Below are positions 10,573 through 20,240 of a stretch of DNA of 64,000 bases, in pieces. The notes beneath the pieces are model-generated. The model was not told where the DNA came from. It did not search any database and worked only from the letters and a program-made list of their open reading frames with translations. Within the stretch, counting starts at the first letter, position 1. Every line of letters begins with the position of its first letter. The stretch comes from Spirochaetia bacterium (GTDB lineage: Bacteria; Spirochaetota; Spirochaetia; CADAEX01): positions 1-64,000 of the forward strand of contig CAXXHA010000013.1 in assembly GCA_963662265.2 (NCBI GenBank), given 5' to 3'. The translations under genes were made by a program, and so were the position numbers.

Positions 10573-12378
10573 ATGATAGTAAAGATGAAGAAAGTTTCCC
10601 TTGTTGTTCTCGATTCTGAAAGAACCAGTGCACTTGATAAGCTCCGGGACCTCGGTGTTATGCACATTGAGAGGGAGTATAGATCAAGTGATGGCCTTAC
10701 ATCTCTTATCGAAAAAAAGGCTCTCTTTGAAAGATCTCTCTTTTCACTGAAAGGTGATGAAGAGAAGGATCCTGTAAAGATGAAGTCTTTTTCAGATGCA
10801 GAAGATGCTGTTGAAGAGGTTAATGCTGTTCTTGAAAAAATCAGAATACTGGGCGAAGAAAAGGAAAAGATAAAAAAAGATATCCTTAACCTGGAACCCT
10901 GGGGCGATTTCAATCCTGCAGACATAATTGAGCTTGGAAGTAAAGGGATTGACCTTGGATTTTATGAGCTTACAAACGAAGTATTTTCAAAAGTATCGGG
11001 TGAAATAGAATTTTTCCCGGTAAAACAGATAAAAAATCTGCATTATATTGCAGTTCTTGAAACAGAAAAAAGTAGAGAACTTTTTGCTGAACTTGGAACT
11101 GATGCTGAAGCTGTAACGCTTCCTGAATCAGGGCTTGAAGTACTTAAATCAGCTCTTGCTGAAAAAGCAGCTGATATTGAGAAAGCGGAAAAAGAACTCG
11201 AAGCTCTTTCTGTTAAGAAACAGGTTATAGCAGACGGAGTTGAAGAACTTGACAGTAGAATCGGCTTCGAAGAAGTTAATGCTGATATGGGTCTTGAAGA
11301 TGTTTTTGCATATATTTCAGGATATGTACCTGTTGACAGAATTGATGATCTTAAGAAAGGCGCTGCTGAGAGTAGCTGGGCGTTAGCTCTTAAAGATCCT
11401 GAAGAGGAAGAGCAGCCACCGACACTCTTGAGAAATCCTAAATGGGTTACTATGATCAAATCACTGTTCAGTTTCCTGGATATTACTCCAGGATACAGAG
11501 AAGCAGACATAAGTATGTTTTTTCTTATGTTTTTCACAGTATTTGTTGCAATGATTGTCGGGGATGCAGGCTACGGTCTTGTTTTTCTTGGAATGACAGT
11601 TCTGTTCAAGATTAAGATTAAAAACATGCCGGGGCAGGTTTTTGCCCTGTTGTTTGTTTTAAGTTTTGCAACGGTAGTATGGGGTGTAATAACGGGAACG
11701 TGGTTCGGTTCATCTGAGCTTGCCAAAATCCCTGTTTTAAGCATGTTTATAATACCTGAAATTGCAAGTTTCGGGCCTGAAGATACAAGCGGTCTTATTA
11801 AAGAGATCTGTTTTTATCTTGGAATGGCTCACCTGATGATAGGGCTTTTAATAAGTTTTATCAGAAAAATGCCTTCTCTTGTTGCAATCGCTGAACTCGG
11901 CTGGATGCTAATCCTTGTCGCAGCATATTTTGCAGCACGGTTCTTTGTTCTGGCATCTCCTATGAGCAGTCTGACTATGCCAATTTTTATCGCTGGTTTT
12001 GTGCTTGTAGTGCTGTTTTCAGAACAGAGCGGGAATGTGTTTAAAGGAATACTTATGGGAGTTGCATGGTCCCCTATGAAGATTCTTGACAGTGTTACAA
12101 TGTTCTCAAACCTTGTTTCCTATATAAGACTCTTTGCTGTAGGACTTGCAACAGTTGCTGTTGCCCAGAGTTTTAATGCAATGGCATCAGGTTTTGAAGG
12201 GATTACCGGTATGATAATTTCTGCGGTTATCCTATTTGTTGCACATGCATTTAATATGTGCCTTGCTCTGCTTTCAATAATTGTTCATGGTGTACGTCTT
12301 AATACACTTGAATTTGGAGGCGCAGTAGGACTTGAATGGAGCGGTTACGGCTATACTCCATTTAAGAAGATTAAATAA
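10573..12378 (+). CDS. atpI: V-type ATP synthase subunit I
   Basis: GDAGYG, SYIRLFAVGLA, HGVRLNTLEF. Confidence 0.95.
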   Translation: MIVKMKKVSLVVLDSERTSALDKLRDLGVMHIEREYRSSDGLTSLIEKKALFERSLFSLKGDEEKDPVKMKSFSDAEDAVEEVNAVLEKIRILGEEKEKIKKDILNLEPWGDFNPADIIELGSKGIDLGFYELTNEVFSKVSGEIEFFPVKQIKNLHYIAVLETEKSRELFAELGTDAEAVTLPESGLEVLKSALAEKAADIEKAEKELEALSVKKQVIADGVEELDSRIGFEEVNADMGLEDVFAYISGYVPVDRIDDLKKGAAESSWALALKDPEEEEQPPTLLRNPKWVTMIKSLFSFLDITPGYREADISMFFLMFFTVFVAMIVGDAGYGLVFLGMTVLFKIKIKNMPGQVFALLFVLSFATVVWGVITGTWFGSSELAKIPVLSMFIIPEIASFGPEDTSGLIKEICFYLGMAHLMIGLLISFIRKMPSLVAIAELGWMLILVAAYFAARFFVLASPMSSLTMPIFIAGFVLVVLFSEQSGNVFKGILMGVAWSPMKILDSVTMFSNLVSYIRLFAVGLATVAVAQSFNAMASGFEGITGMIISAVILFVAHAFNMCLALLSIIVHGVRLNTLEFGGAVGLEWSGYGYTPFKKIK

Positions 12379-12550
12379 TATCCGCTTCTGTAAGAAACAG
12401 TAACGGATAAATATCTTACTGAAAAAGTTCAGTTAAAGATAAAATTCAGCAGCTGAAAGTAATCAGCCGGCTGATATAAAATATTAACTAAAAGAAAGGA
12501 AGCATATATCCTGGATTAAGGATAAAAGCTTCAACTTGAAGGAGTTATAT

Positions 12551-12979
12551 ATGACTTTAGGACAGATGGGAATTGCAGCAGCTTTTGCTCTTGCAGCAGC
12601 AGGTTCAGCTATAGGTATCGGTACTGCAGGTATGGCAGCTATCGGTGCATGGAAAAGATGTTATGCTCAGAATAAACCGGCACCATTCTTGCTTCTTGCT
12701 TTTGTTGGTGCACCATTTACACAGACAATTTACGGTATGATCCTCATGGGTCAGCTCCAGGGTGTTGCTGAAACAGCAGATCCTGGTCTTCTTCTCGGTG
12801 CTGGTATCTTCGGTGGTATCGGGATGGGTATGTCAGCATGGTTTCAGGGAGCTGCAGGTGCAGCTGCATCAGATGCTCTTACAAGCACAGGAAAAGGTTT
12901 CAGTAACTACCTTATTATCCTCGGTCTTGTAGAGTCTGTAGCGCTCTTCGTAATGGTATTCCTCATGGGTATTCTCTAG
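12551..12979 (+). CDS. atpK: V-type ATP synthase subunit K (proteolipid)
   Basis: 4-TM proteolipid with PFTQTIYG, WFQG, VESVALF; ATG 12551 follows AAGGAG. Confidence 0.95.
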   Translation: MTLGQMGIAAAFALAAAGSAIGIGTAGMAAIGAWKRCYAQNKPAPFLLLAFVGAPFTQTIYGMILMGQLQGVAETADPGLLLGAGIFGGIGMGMSAWFQGAAGAAASDALTSTGKGFSNYLIILGLVESVALFVMVFLMGIL

Positions 12980-13066
12980 GAGAATATCTTGTAGAAAATA
13001 CCTGATGAGTATTTTAGACATATTAAATAATATCTGATTGTCAAAAATCAGATATTTATAAATGAT

Positions 13067-13103
13067 AAAAAGCAGGGTGGAATAATTCTACCCTGCTTTT
13101 TTT
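13067..13103 (+). terminator. Intrinsic terminator of V-ATPase operon
   Basis: AAAAGCAGGGTGG...CTACCCTGCTTTTTTT. Confidence 0.75.
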
Positions 13104-13214
13104 AGATACAGGATGTATCTCACTTGTCCCGAAGGATGAGGGGATGCCGGGTGTGCATGGATGCACAATGACGAGGCGAGTACAGTATGTATCTCTCTTG
13201 TCCCGAAGCATGGA
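13104..13214 (+). repeat. Intergenic GGA-loop hairpin element (dispersed repeat family)
   Basis: AGATAC-AGGAT-GTATCT, TCCC-GAAGGATGAG-GGGA, GTGCA-TGGA-TGCAC; internal duplication of GTATCTC.CTTGTCCCGAAG. Confidence 0.55.
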
Positions 13215-13514
13215 AAAATACCAATATGTCCGGCAAGCTCTGTTGATATAAATATGCGCCCCTCAAAACTGTGCCGGGGCAGCTTGGCAACCGGGTATTT
13301 TCCTGTTTTTATGTATAGACATTTTACATGCATTTTTTTGTCTATATCCTTTTTATTTTCGATAAAATATTATAGAATACCTGATTAATAAATACTTGAA
13401 ATTATTACACTGTATCTTATGCTTAATTAGGGTGGGTACTAAATAACTTATACAGAAGCTGAAGACAGTAGAATCGTATCTGGTATTTTACCAATTATAT
13501 TACGGGAGGTTGTT

Positions 13515-14414
13515 ATGAAACTATCAAGCCTTCTGAACCCGGACAACATACTTATTGGAAGCAACGCCCGGACTAAAGAAGACGCAATTATTGAAATCTA
13601 CAGACAGATTAAAAAGAACTACAGATTCAGAATGGATACTGCATTGATCAAGAAAACTATCCAGGAGAGGGAAAGTCTGGGTGGTACATCATTTGAAAGC
13701 GGTATTGCTGTTCCACATGCAAGGCTTGATGATTTTGATGATCTTCTTATTGGTATTCTCATTCCTGAATCTCCTATAGATGATAATGGTATTAAGCTGG
13801 AAATGATTGTGCTGATACTTACATCAAAGGCAGTTTCAAATATTTATCTGAATACTCTGGCATCATTTGTAAAACTTTCACGGGACAGTGAACTGTTTAA
13901 GCAGATTACATTGCTTAAAAGTGGAGATGAAGTTGTTTCTTTTGTTGAAAAACAGAATATAAAGGTAAAGGAAGAGGTTTTTGTAGAGAATATTATGTCG
14001 GAGGAGGTAATTTCTCTTCCCCCGAGTGCTACTATAAGAGAGCTTGCAGATACTTTTTATAAGCATAAGATCGGATATGTTCCTGTTATAACTGAAGAAG
14101 GCGACATGGTTGGTGAAATAAACCTGGTAATGCTGATTAAAGAGGGTATTCCTGATTATGCTGCCCAGCTTGGTCACCTTAAATTTCTTAAGACATTTGA
14201 GCCTCTCGAACGACTTTTCAGAATGGAGGATGATATCCAGATAAAGGATATTATGAAAGAGTCTTCTGTATTTTTTAAGAAAGAAACTACAATCATTGAA
14301 GCTGCGCTGGAATTTACAAACAGAAAGAGACGTCATATTCCTGTTATCGAAGATGGAAAAGTTGTGGGGATTGTTGCTCTTGCAGATATTCTTAATAAGA
14401 TACTAAGGAGTTAA
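13515..14414 (+). CDS. PTS EIIA(Ntr/Fru)-like domain + CBS pair protein
   Basis: ERESLGGT...GIAVPHAR (phospho-His motif) followed by two CBS repeats. Confidence 0.88.
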   Translation: MKLSSLLNPDNILIGSNARTKEDAIIEIYRQIKKNYRFRMDTALIKKTIQERESLGGTSFESGIAVPHARLDDFDDLLIGILIPESPIDDNGIKLEMIVLILTSKAVSNIYLNTLASFVKLSRDSELFKQITLLKSGDEVVSFVEKQNIKVKEEVFVENIMSEEVISLPPSATIRELADTFYKHKIGYVPVITEEGDMVGEINLVMLIKEGIPDYAAQLGHLKFLKTFEPLERLFRMEDDIQIKDIMKESSVFFKKETTIIEAALEFTNRKRRHIPVIEDGKVVGIVALADILNKILRS

Positions 14415-14420
14415 TGTTTT

Positions 14421-15695
14421 ATGTCTATGATGTTTATTGCCCTGGCAATATTTTTTGTTCTATATATAATAATTTCCACCGAGATGATCAATAAGACTGT
14501 TATAGCTCTTTTCGGTGCATCAATATTTCTTGTACTTCATATAATAGGGGAGGAAGAAGCTTTTCATCATATTGACTGGAATGTAATTTTTCTTCTTGTA
14601 AGCATGATGATTATTGTGGGAATAACAAAGAATACAGGTCTTTTTCAGTATATTGCTATCAAGGCTGCAAAATTCGCAAAAGGTGAGCCAGTTACAATTC
14701 TTATTCTACTTTCACTTATATGCGCAGTTTTTTCAGCAATGCTTGACAATGTAACTACAGTTCTGATTATTGTGCCTGTTACAATACTCATTGCAGTTGA
14801 GCTTGGAATATCTCCTATTCCATTTGTTATAAGTATAGCAATTGCATCGAATATCGGGGGAGCTGCAACTCTGATAGGGGATCCGCCCAATATCATGATC
14901 GGCAGTGCGTCAGGTCTTGATTTTATGCAGTTTATTGTAAATCTGGGGCCTCCTATTGTTATTTGTCTTGTTTTCTTTACTCTTATCGAGATTCTGATAT
15001 TCCGTAAGAAGCTGAGAGTTTCTACAGAACGAAAGGCCAGAATCATGGAATTTGATGAATCAAAGACTCTTGAGGATATTCCGCTTCTTATCAAATGCCT
15101 GTCAGTTCTTGCTCTGGTAATTTCAGGATTTCTCCTTCATGGATTTCTTCATCTGGAAGCATCTGTGATTGCCATGTTCGGTGCATCTCTTCTAATGCTT
15201 ATTACAGGTGTTAAGGAAGTTGATGAAGTTCTCAGGGAAATAGAATGGGGTACAATATTCTTTTTTGTAGGTCTTTTCATTCTTGTAGGGGGGCTTGTTG
15301 AGACCGGGGCAATCAAGATTGCTGCTGAATATATACTGGGCCTGACTAAAGGTGATATAGCGAGTACATCAATTCTTATTGTCTGGGTATCAGGTATTTT
15401 CAGTGCTTTTGTTGATAACATTCCATATGTTGCTACAATGATCCCTCTTGTCAATGATATAGGAAATACACTTGGCAGCGAAGCAATAGTTCCGGTATGG
15501 TGGTCTCTTGCTCTCGGGTCATGCCTGGGTGGAAACGGAACGCTTGTAGGCGCTTCTGCCAATGTTGTTTCGGCAGGTCTTGCGGCAAAGAGTGGATACA
15601 AGATCAGCTTTCTGGAATTTACAAAATACGGTTTCGGATTCATGCTTGTGACCCTGGCAATATCAACTGTATATGTAATGTTTGTGTTTTTATAA
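14421..15695 (+). CDS. ArsB/NhaD (IT superfamily) ion transporter
   Basis: LDNVTT, SNIGGAATLIGDPPN, VDNIPYV, GGNGTLVGASAN. Confidence 0.9.
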   Translation: MSMMFIALAIFFVLYIIISTEMINKTVIALFGASIFLVLHIIGEEEAFHHIDWNVIFLLVSMMIIVGITKNTGLFQYIAIKAAKFAKGEPVTILILLSLICAVFSAMLDNVTTVLIIVPVTILIAVELGISPIPFVISIAIASNIGGAATLIGDPPNIMIGSASGLDFMQFIVNLGPPIVICLVFFTLIEILIFRKKLRVSTERKARIMEFDESKTLEDIPLLIKCLSVLALVISGFLLHGFLHLEASVIAMFGASLLMLITGVKEVDEVLREIEWGTIFFFVGLFILVGGLVETGAIKIAAEYILGLTKGDIASTSILIVWVSGIFSAFVDNIPYVATMIPLVNDIGNTLGSEAIVPVWWSLALGSCLGGNGTLVGASANVVSAGLAAKSGYKISFLEFTKYGFGFMLVTLAISTVYVMFVFL

Positions 15696-15818
15696 AAATA
15701 ATAATAAAGGTGTATAAAAAAGTATACACCTTTATGGTTTTTCTTTTTACAAAAGTTGAAGACGAATATTAACTTGTTGTATTGTAAGGATTTATAAAAG
15801 CGGAAAAATACTTAATGT

Positions 15819-15834
15819 TGGCACGTATATTGCA
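15819..15834 (+). promoter_or_regulatory. Sigma-54 (-24/-12) promoter
   Basis: Consensus TGGCAC-GTATA-TTGCA, about 44 nt upstream of GTG 15878. Confidence 0.75.
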
Positions 15835-15877
15835 ATGATATTTAAGATTGATTTTGTGCTTTTTAAGGAGTTTTCCT

Positions 15878-16501
15878 GTGGAGAAAGTTGTTGCTGCTTT
15901 CAGCAATATTTATAATACAACCAGACTTGAAGAATTAAAGACAGAGCTTGTCAGAAAAACAATTCATATGACAATATCGCTGATTCCTCTGCTTGCTGCA
16001 ATTGACAGAGGGTTTGCTTTTGCACTTCTTGCAGGCGGGATAGTAATTTATACATATTCAGAAATACTGAGAAGCGAAGGGCGTTCAATAGCGCTTATCG
16101 CAGGAATAAAAGAGCTTGCGCTCAGAGAAAGGGACCGTGATCATTTTGCGATGGGACCTGTTACTCTTGCGATGGGAGCAATGGCGGCACTTTTCTTTTA
16201 TCCTCAGCCGGCAGCAGCTGTTGCAATTTATGCACTTGCGTTTGGAGACGGATTTGCAAGTCTTGCAGGGAAGTTTGCAGGAAGAAAAAAGATACCGTTT
16301 TCCGGTGGAAAAACATATATCGGTAGTCTTGCCTGTTTTGCTGCAGTTTTCTTTACAAGCTACAGAATTACCGGAAGCATGATTAATTCACTGCTTATTG
16401 CTTCAATTGCCACATTAACTGAACTTCTTCCTCTTGGAGATTTTGATAACCTCCTTCTTCCGATTGTTACAGGATACACAGCTACAGTACTAATGTACTG
16501 A
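15878..16501 (+). CDS. Dolichol/phytol kinase-like CTP-dependent membrane kinase (SEC59/CTP_transf_1 clan)
   Basis: ELVRKTIH, FGDGFASLAG, GKTYIGS, DNLLLP; GTG start after AAGGAG. Confidence 0.82.
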   Translation: MEKVVAAFSNIYNTTRLEELKTELVRKTIHMTISLIPLLAAIDRGFAFALLAGGIVIYTYSEILRSEGRSIALIAGIKELALRERDRDHFAMGPVTLAMGAMAALFFYPQPAAAVAIYALAFGDGFASLAGKFAGRKKIPFSGGKTYIGSLACFAAVFFTSYRITGSMINSLLIASIATLTELLPLGDFDNLLLPIVTGYTATVLMY

Positions 16502-16764
16502 AAAATATTCACAGATAAAATAAAGATAAAACCGGAATCCAGTATTCCGGTTTATTAAGTTTAGAATAGGGATCTGACTTAAAATAATGGGATTTAGCAC
16601 TGCCTTTGGTAATACAGGGGCAGTGCTTTTAAATTCATGATGGTGATTTTAAAGTTATAATTATATTATATCTCAGGCTCATAAGTTCATGTTTCCAGGT
16701 ACCTTTGCAGGGTTCAGATATTTCATTTGAAAATAACAGATATTATCCCTTGCGCACAGACAGG

Positions 16765-17556
16765 TTAGTACCATGAATATATCTGATGTACTTTATTTGA
16801 AAAGATCAGTGTGCCTGTTATAAGAAGAATCAGGCCGGAAATAAAGATGACTGGTTCTGTCAAAAAGAATGTTATTTCCCTTCCTGTGAAAACAAGCAGC
16901 ATGCTTAAGGAAAGGGTAAGATACTCCCTGTTACCGGACTGAAAATAATTAAAAATATAAATAAGTACAGTTAGGCATTCGATAGAGAGGATGGAAAAAG
17001 CGAAATAAGTAAAATAACCAGGCTGCTGTATCATTGTTGACAGTTTGTAGGTCGAGAACGGAATTGATGATGACAGCATGTAGGATATCAGGATTATTAC
17101 AGCTGCTCCTGTCTCTGTTTTTTTTGTATCAGCATCTGATGTGAAAAAAGCCGCCATAAATAGTGATGACAGGCCGAAAAATTTACCGAAATAACATACC
17201 CGGGATGCATATATGTTATAGTATTCAGGTATCTTGAAATAGGTGAATACTGCAATATATGATCGTGAAAGGTCAAAAACCAGGCTTATCAGGAAAAGAG
17301 AGTAAAAGAATATTTCCGAGCTGTTTGTTTTTAAAAAAGAAAAGCGGAGAATGAAAAGACTTACAGCTGCAAAAAGAAGTAGAATAACAGGCATGAAAAA
17401 ATCCGGAGAATATAAAATAACTGAAAATGGTATATCTGTTCTTTCCTGAATTATGAAAGGAAAAGATGAAGTCAGTGCTGTTATAATAAAAAGGGTAAAA
17501 GTTGATATTAGAAGGAAAATATTCCGCCTGGTTATTGTCATGTATAAATAATACAA
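16765..17556 (-). CDS. Hypothetical multi-pass membrane protein
   Basis: 263-aa ORF with about 7-8 hydrophobic segments. Confidence 0.7.
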   Translation of the reverse strand: MYYLYMTITRRNIFLLISTFTLFIITALTSSFPFIIQERTDIPFSVILYSPDFFMPVILLLFAAVSLFILRFSFLKTNSSEIFFYSLFLISLVFDLSRSYIAVFTYFKIPEYYNIYASRVCYFGKFFGLSSLFMAAFFTSDADTKKTETGAAVIILISYMLSSSIPFSTYKLSTMIQQPGYFTYFAFSILSIECLTVLIYIFNYFQSGNREYLTLSLSMLLVFTGREITFFLTEPVIFISGLILLITGTLIFSNKVHQIYSWY

Positions 17557-17743
17557 TAAATCCGGGAAAAATCTATCACGATGCGGTAAAAAAAATTTAT
17601 AAAAGGGCTAAATTGTACGATAAATAAAGTAATTGTGAGGAGTCTTGATAAAAACTTGTTTATCAGGAGCATTAGAGACTTTCCATCAGGAAAGTGCCCG
17701 ATAGCCGATTAAAAAGCGTTATAAAAACGTTATAGGAGATAAT

Positions 17744-18421
17744 ATGCGAAGGATAGGTCTGTGTTTATTTATACTGTTTTTCAGCGCTGCTGGATTATTT
17801 GCCGGTGATATAGCGAATTTTGTTAATCTTGGTTTTTCAGATAATTCTGAGCTTTTTATGTTTGTTCAGTACGGTGCTACCGACAGTGAAATATATTCTG
17901 AACTCTATACTGTCAATGTCAGGAAAAACTCCTATGTTAAAGAGGGTCTGGTTAAGAAGAGTTTCAGCCCTGCATCTACTTCGCAGGAAGACGGAACAGG
18001 AGCTCTTTACAGTTCTATAGCAGCTGTTTCAGATTATGCTTCCAGGAATAAGATTGATTTTTTAAAGAAAGGCAGATGTCTTTATCTCAATATCAATGGA
18101 AATGATGGTAAAAAAGTCAGTTTCAGGGATTTTAAAACAGGTAAAATTTATGATGTTTCTCTTTCCCAGAATGTGACAGGTTCTGGTCAGTCTGCATCTG
18201 CATCTTTCGGTATTTTTCTGGATATCACTGACCAGGGTGGAAGGAAAAATAATTTCAGAGTTGGTAATCCCTCTTTTGCCAGGAAAGGTATTAGTAATTA
18301 CAGCATAAAAAAGGTTATTCTCTCTCCGGATGAAAAAGGACTTGTTTTTGTTATTGAGAAAAAGGTTGAAAACAAGGATAGTGTTTCTGTCAGGTATATG
18401 ATTGAAACTCTCCGGTTTTAG
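17744..18421 (+). CDS. Secreted protein, DUF2259-like
   Basis: Signal peptide then GDIANFVNLGFS...FMFVQYG; AGGAG RBS. Confidence 0.7.
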   Translation: MRRIGLCLFILFFSAAGLFAGDIANFVNLGFSDNSELFMFVQYGATDSEIYSELYTVNVRKNSYVKEGLVKKSFSPASTSQEDGTGALYSSIAAVSDYASRNKIDFLKKGRCLYLNINGNDGKKVSFRDFKTGKIYDVSLSQNVTGSGQSASASFGIFLDITDQGGRKNNFRVGNPSFARKGISNYSIKKVILSPDEKGLVFVIEKKVENKDSVSVRYMIETLRF

Positions 18422-18423
18422 AT

Positions 18424-19500
18424 GTGCGTCTTTTTATAAAACTATCCAGTATTCTGCAAATCCTGTTGTTTTTTACAGGATGTTTCGGTCATTCTCCTGA
18501 AACAACAGTTTCGGGAGAAAGTGATGTAATAAAATATTATCAGTTAGGCAGTTTCCCTTCTGAAGTTGATAATATCCCTTCTGATTCCGGGGAACTTCTG
18601 CCCTGGACAGAACAGGTCCGTGTAGCTGATTATACTGCAGCTGAAAATACTCTTCACCTGGCATTGAACAATACAGGCATTCTTACAATTCCTCTCAATG
18701 ATCCGTCACCTGAAAAGATTGATTTAATTCAGGACGATTCATTCTTTTCCGGAAATACTGTCAAGTCGCTTTTTTATTACGAAAACAGTATTTTCTGTCA
18801 TATTTATCATGATACATTTTTCTCTTCTGATTATTCAGTTTTTTCTGAATCACCGTTAATCAGGCTGGATAAGGAAGAAAAAGATTTTATATCTGAATTC
18901 AGCAGAACTAATCTTCCTGACAGGTGGGAAGCTGTTGATTTTGTATATTCTGAAAATAAATGGATTTCTTCGTGGAAGCATTCGGATGAGAAAAGCAGCA
19001 GTTTCAGGTATTTTTCACATGATATTCAGGGGGAAGATGTATCAGAGATCCTTGAGTCTGAATATCGGGCAAGCCTTGCTGTTTGCGGCAACAGGGACAG
19101 TTCAGACCCAGTTATTGTTGAAATCCTTGACTTTGTGCGGGAGAAATCCGGAGCTGTTAATATGACAGATATTTCTGTTAAATATATTGACTGTATAGCT
19201 CCGGAGAATCACCGTTTTTCAGATCCTTCTGTTCCTCCCGGAAGCTATATGTTTGTTCCTGTTTATAAAAACAGCAGTCATGTGTGGTTTCTTGTCGGGA
19301 ATGATGTATACAGGATGGAGGAGAACGGAGAAAAAGAAAAGATTCTGCTTGATCCTCTTCCTGCCGGGTTCATTTATACAGGAATATGCTGTGAAAACAG
19401 CAGAATTTATCTTTTCTGGGAATATCAGTCCTTTTTTAAAACAGGAAAATCCGGATTTTTAATAATTGATGAAAAAAGGGTTGATAAAAATACTATTTAA
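18424..19500 (+). CDS. Hypothetical lipoprotein
   Basis: FFTGC lipobox-like motif, 358 aa, coupled to upstream gene. Confidence 0.65.
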   Translation: MRLFIKLSSILQILLFFTGCFGHSPETTVSGESDVIKYYQLGSFPSEVDNIPSDSGELLPWTEQVRVADYTAAENTLHLALNNTGILTIPLNDPSPEKIDLIQDDSFFSGNTVKSLFYYENSIFCHIYHDTFFSSDYSVFSESPLIRLDKEEKDFISEFSRTNLPDRWEAVDFVYSENKWISSWKHSDEKSSSFRYFSHDIQGEDVSEILESEYRASLAVCGNRDSSDPVIVEILDFVREKSGAVNMTDISVKYIDCIAPENHRFSDPSVPPGSYMFVPVYKNSSHVWFLVGNDVYRMEENGEKEKILLDPLPAGFIYTGICCENSRIYLFWEYQSFFKTGKSGFLIIDEKRVDKNTI

Positions 19501-19519
19501 GATATTAATTATTCTAGAG

Positions 19520-20170
19520 ATGAAAATAAAAAGATTATTACTGACAATTTTAATTATCTGTTTATTCCCTTTAGGAGCTTTTGCTTTTGAGATTAAATCG
19601 CTGAGCCTCGAGGGGGGGCCTCTCTTTATGCTTAATACAGATGACGAAGGTGCTCCTTCTCCGATTCTTCCTAATATCGGCATAGCCGGTGAAATTGAAA
19701 GCGGAGCAGGATATTTCCTTCCATCATTAAATATAAGCTGGAATTATTACCAGCTGTCGGAAGAGGATCCTGAAGTTGTTCAGCCTGCAGAAATTGAATA
19801 TGCAGATTCTCTTCTGCTCATGAATATTCTGATTGATTTTCCGTATTCCATGCGTTACAGCGTTAAAAACAACCTGATGCTGGGATGGCTTGCTTCTCCT
19901 GCTTTAATGATTAAAGTTCCCCTGAAGGCATGGGGAGAAGGGGACAGTCAGAGGAGTGATATACTCGGATACTTTTACGGAGGAAGGTTTATTTTTCTTG
20001 AAACAGGCGGATACCTTCTCTGGAGATACTCGGAAAAAAACAGTTTTAAGACTTCACTTTCCCTTTACCTTCCTGTTTATCATCTCTGGGACGGCCGTCC
20101 TTTTCTTGATGAGATGATGGTGCGGCTGGGAGTAGGATTTTCATTTGATCTGAAAAAAAGCAATAAATAA
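19520..20170 (+). CDS. Hypothetical exported/outer-membrane beta-barrel-like protein
   Basis: Signal peptide (GAFA|F), aromatic beta-strands, C-terminal RLGVGFSF; ATG 19520 preferred to 19466. Confidence 0.6.
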   Translation: MKIKRLLLTILIICLFPLGAFAFEIKSLSLEGGPLFMLNTDDEGAPSPILPNIGIAGEIESGAGYFLPSLNISWNYYQLSEEDPEVVQPAEIEYADSLLLMNILIDFPYSMRYSVKNNLMLGWLASPALMIKVPLKAWGEGDSQRSDILGYFYGGRFIFLETGGYLLWRYSEKNSFKTSLSLYLPVYHLWDGRPFLDEMMVRLGVGFSFDLKKSNK

Positions 20171-20187
20171 AAAAGCTATAGAGAAAT

Positions 20188-20217
20188 AAAAAAGCGGGAT
20201 TCTGTCCCGCTTTTTTT
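20188..20217. terminator. Bidirectional intrinsic terminator
   Basis: AAAAAAGCGGGA-TTCTG-TCCCGCTTTTTTT between convergent genes. Confidence 0.8.
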
Positions 20218-20240
20218 ATTTTAAATATATGGTAATTGTT

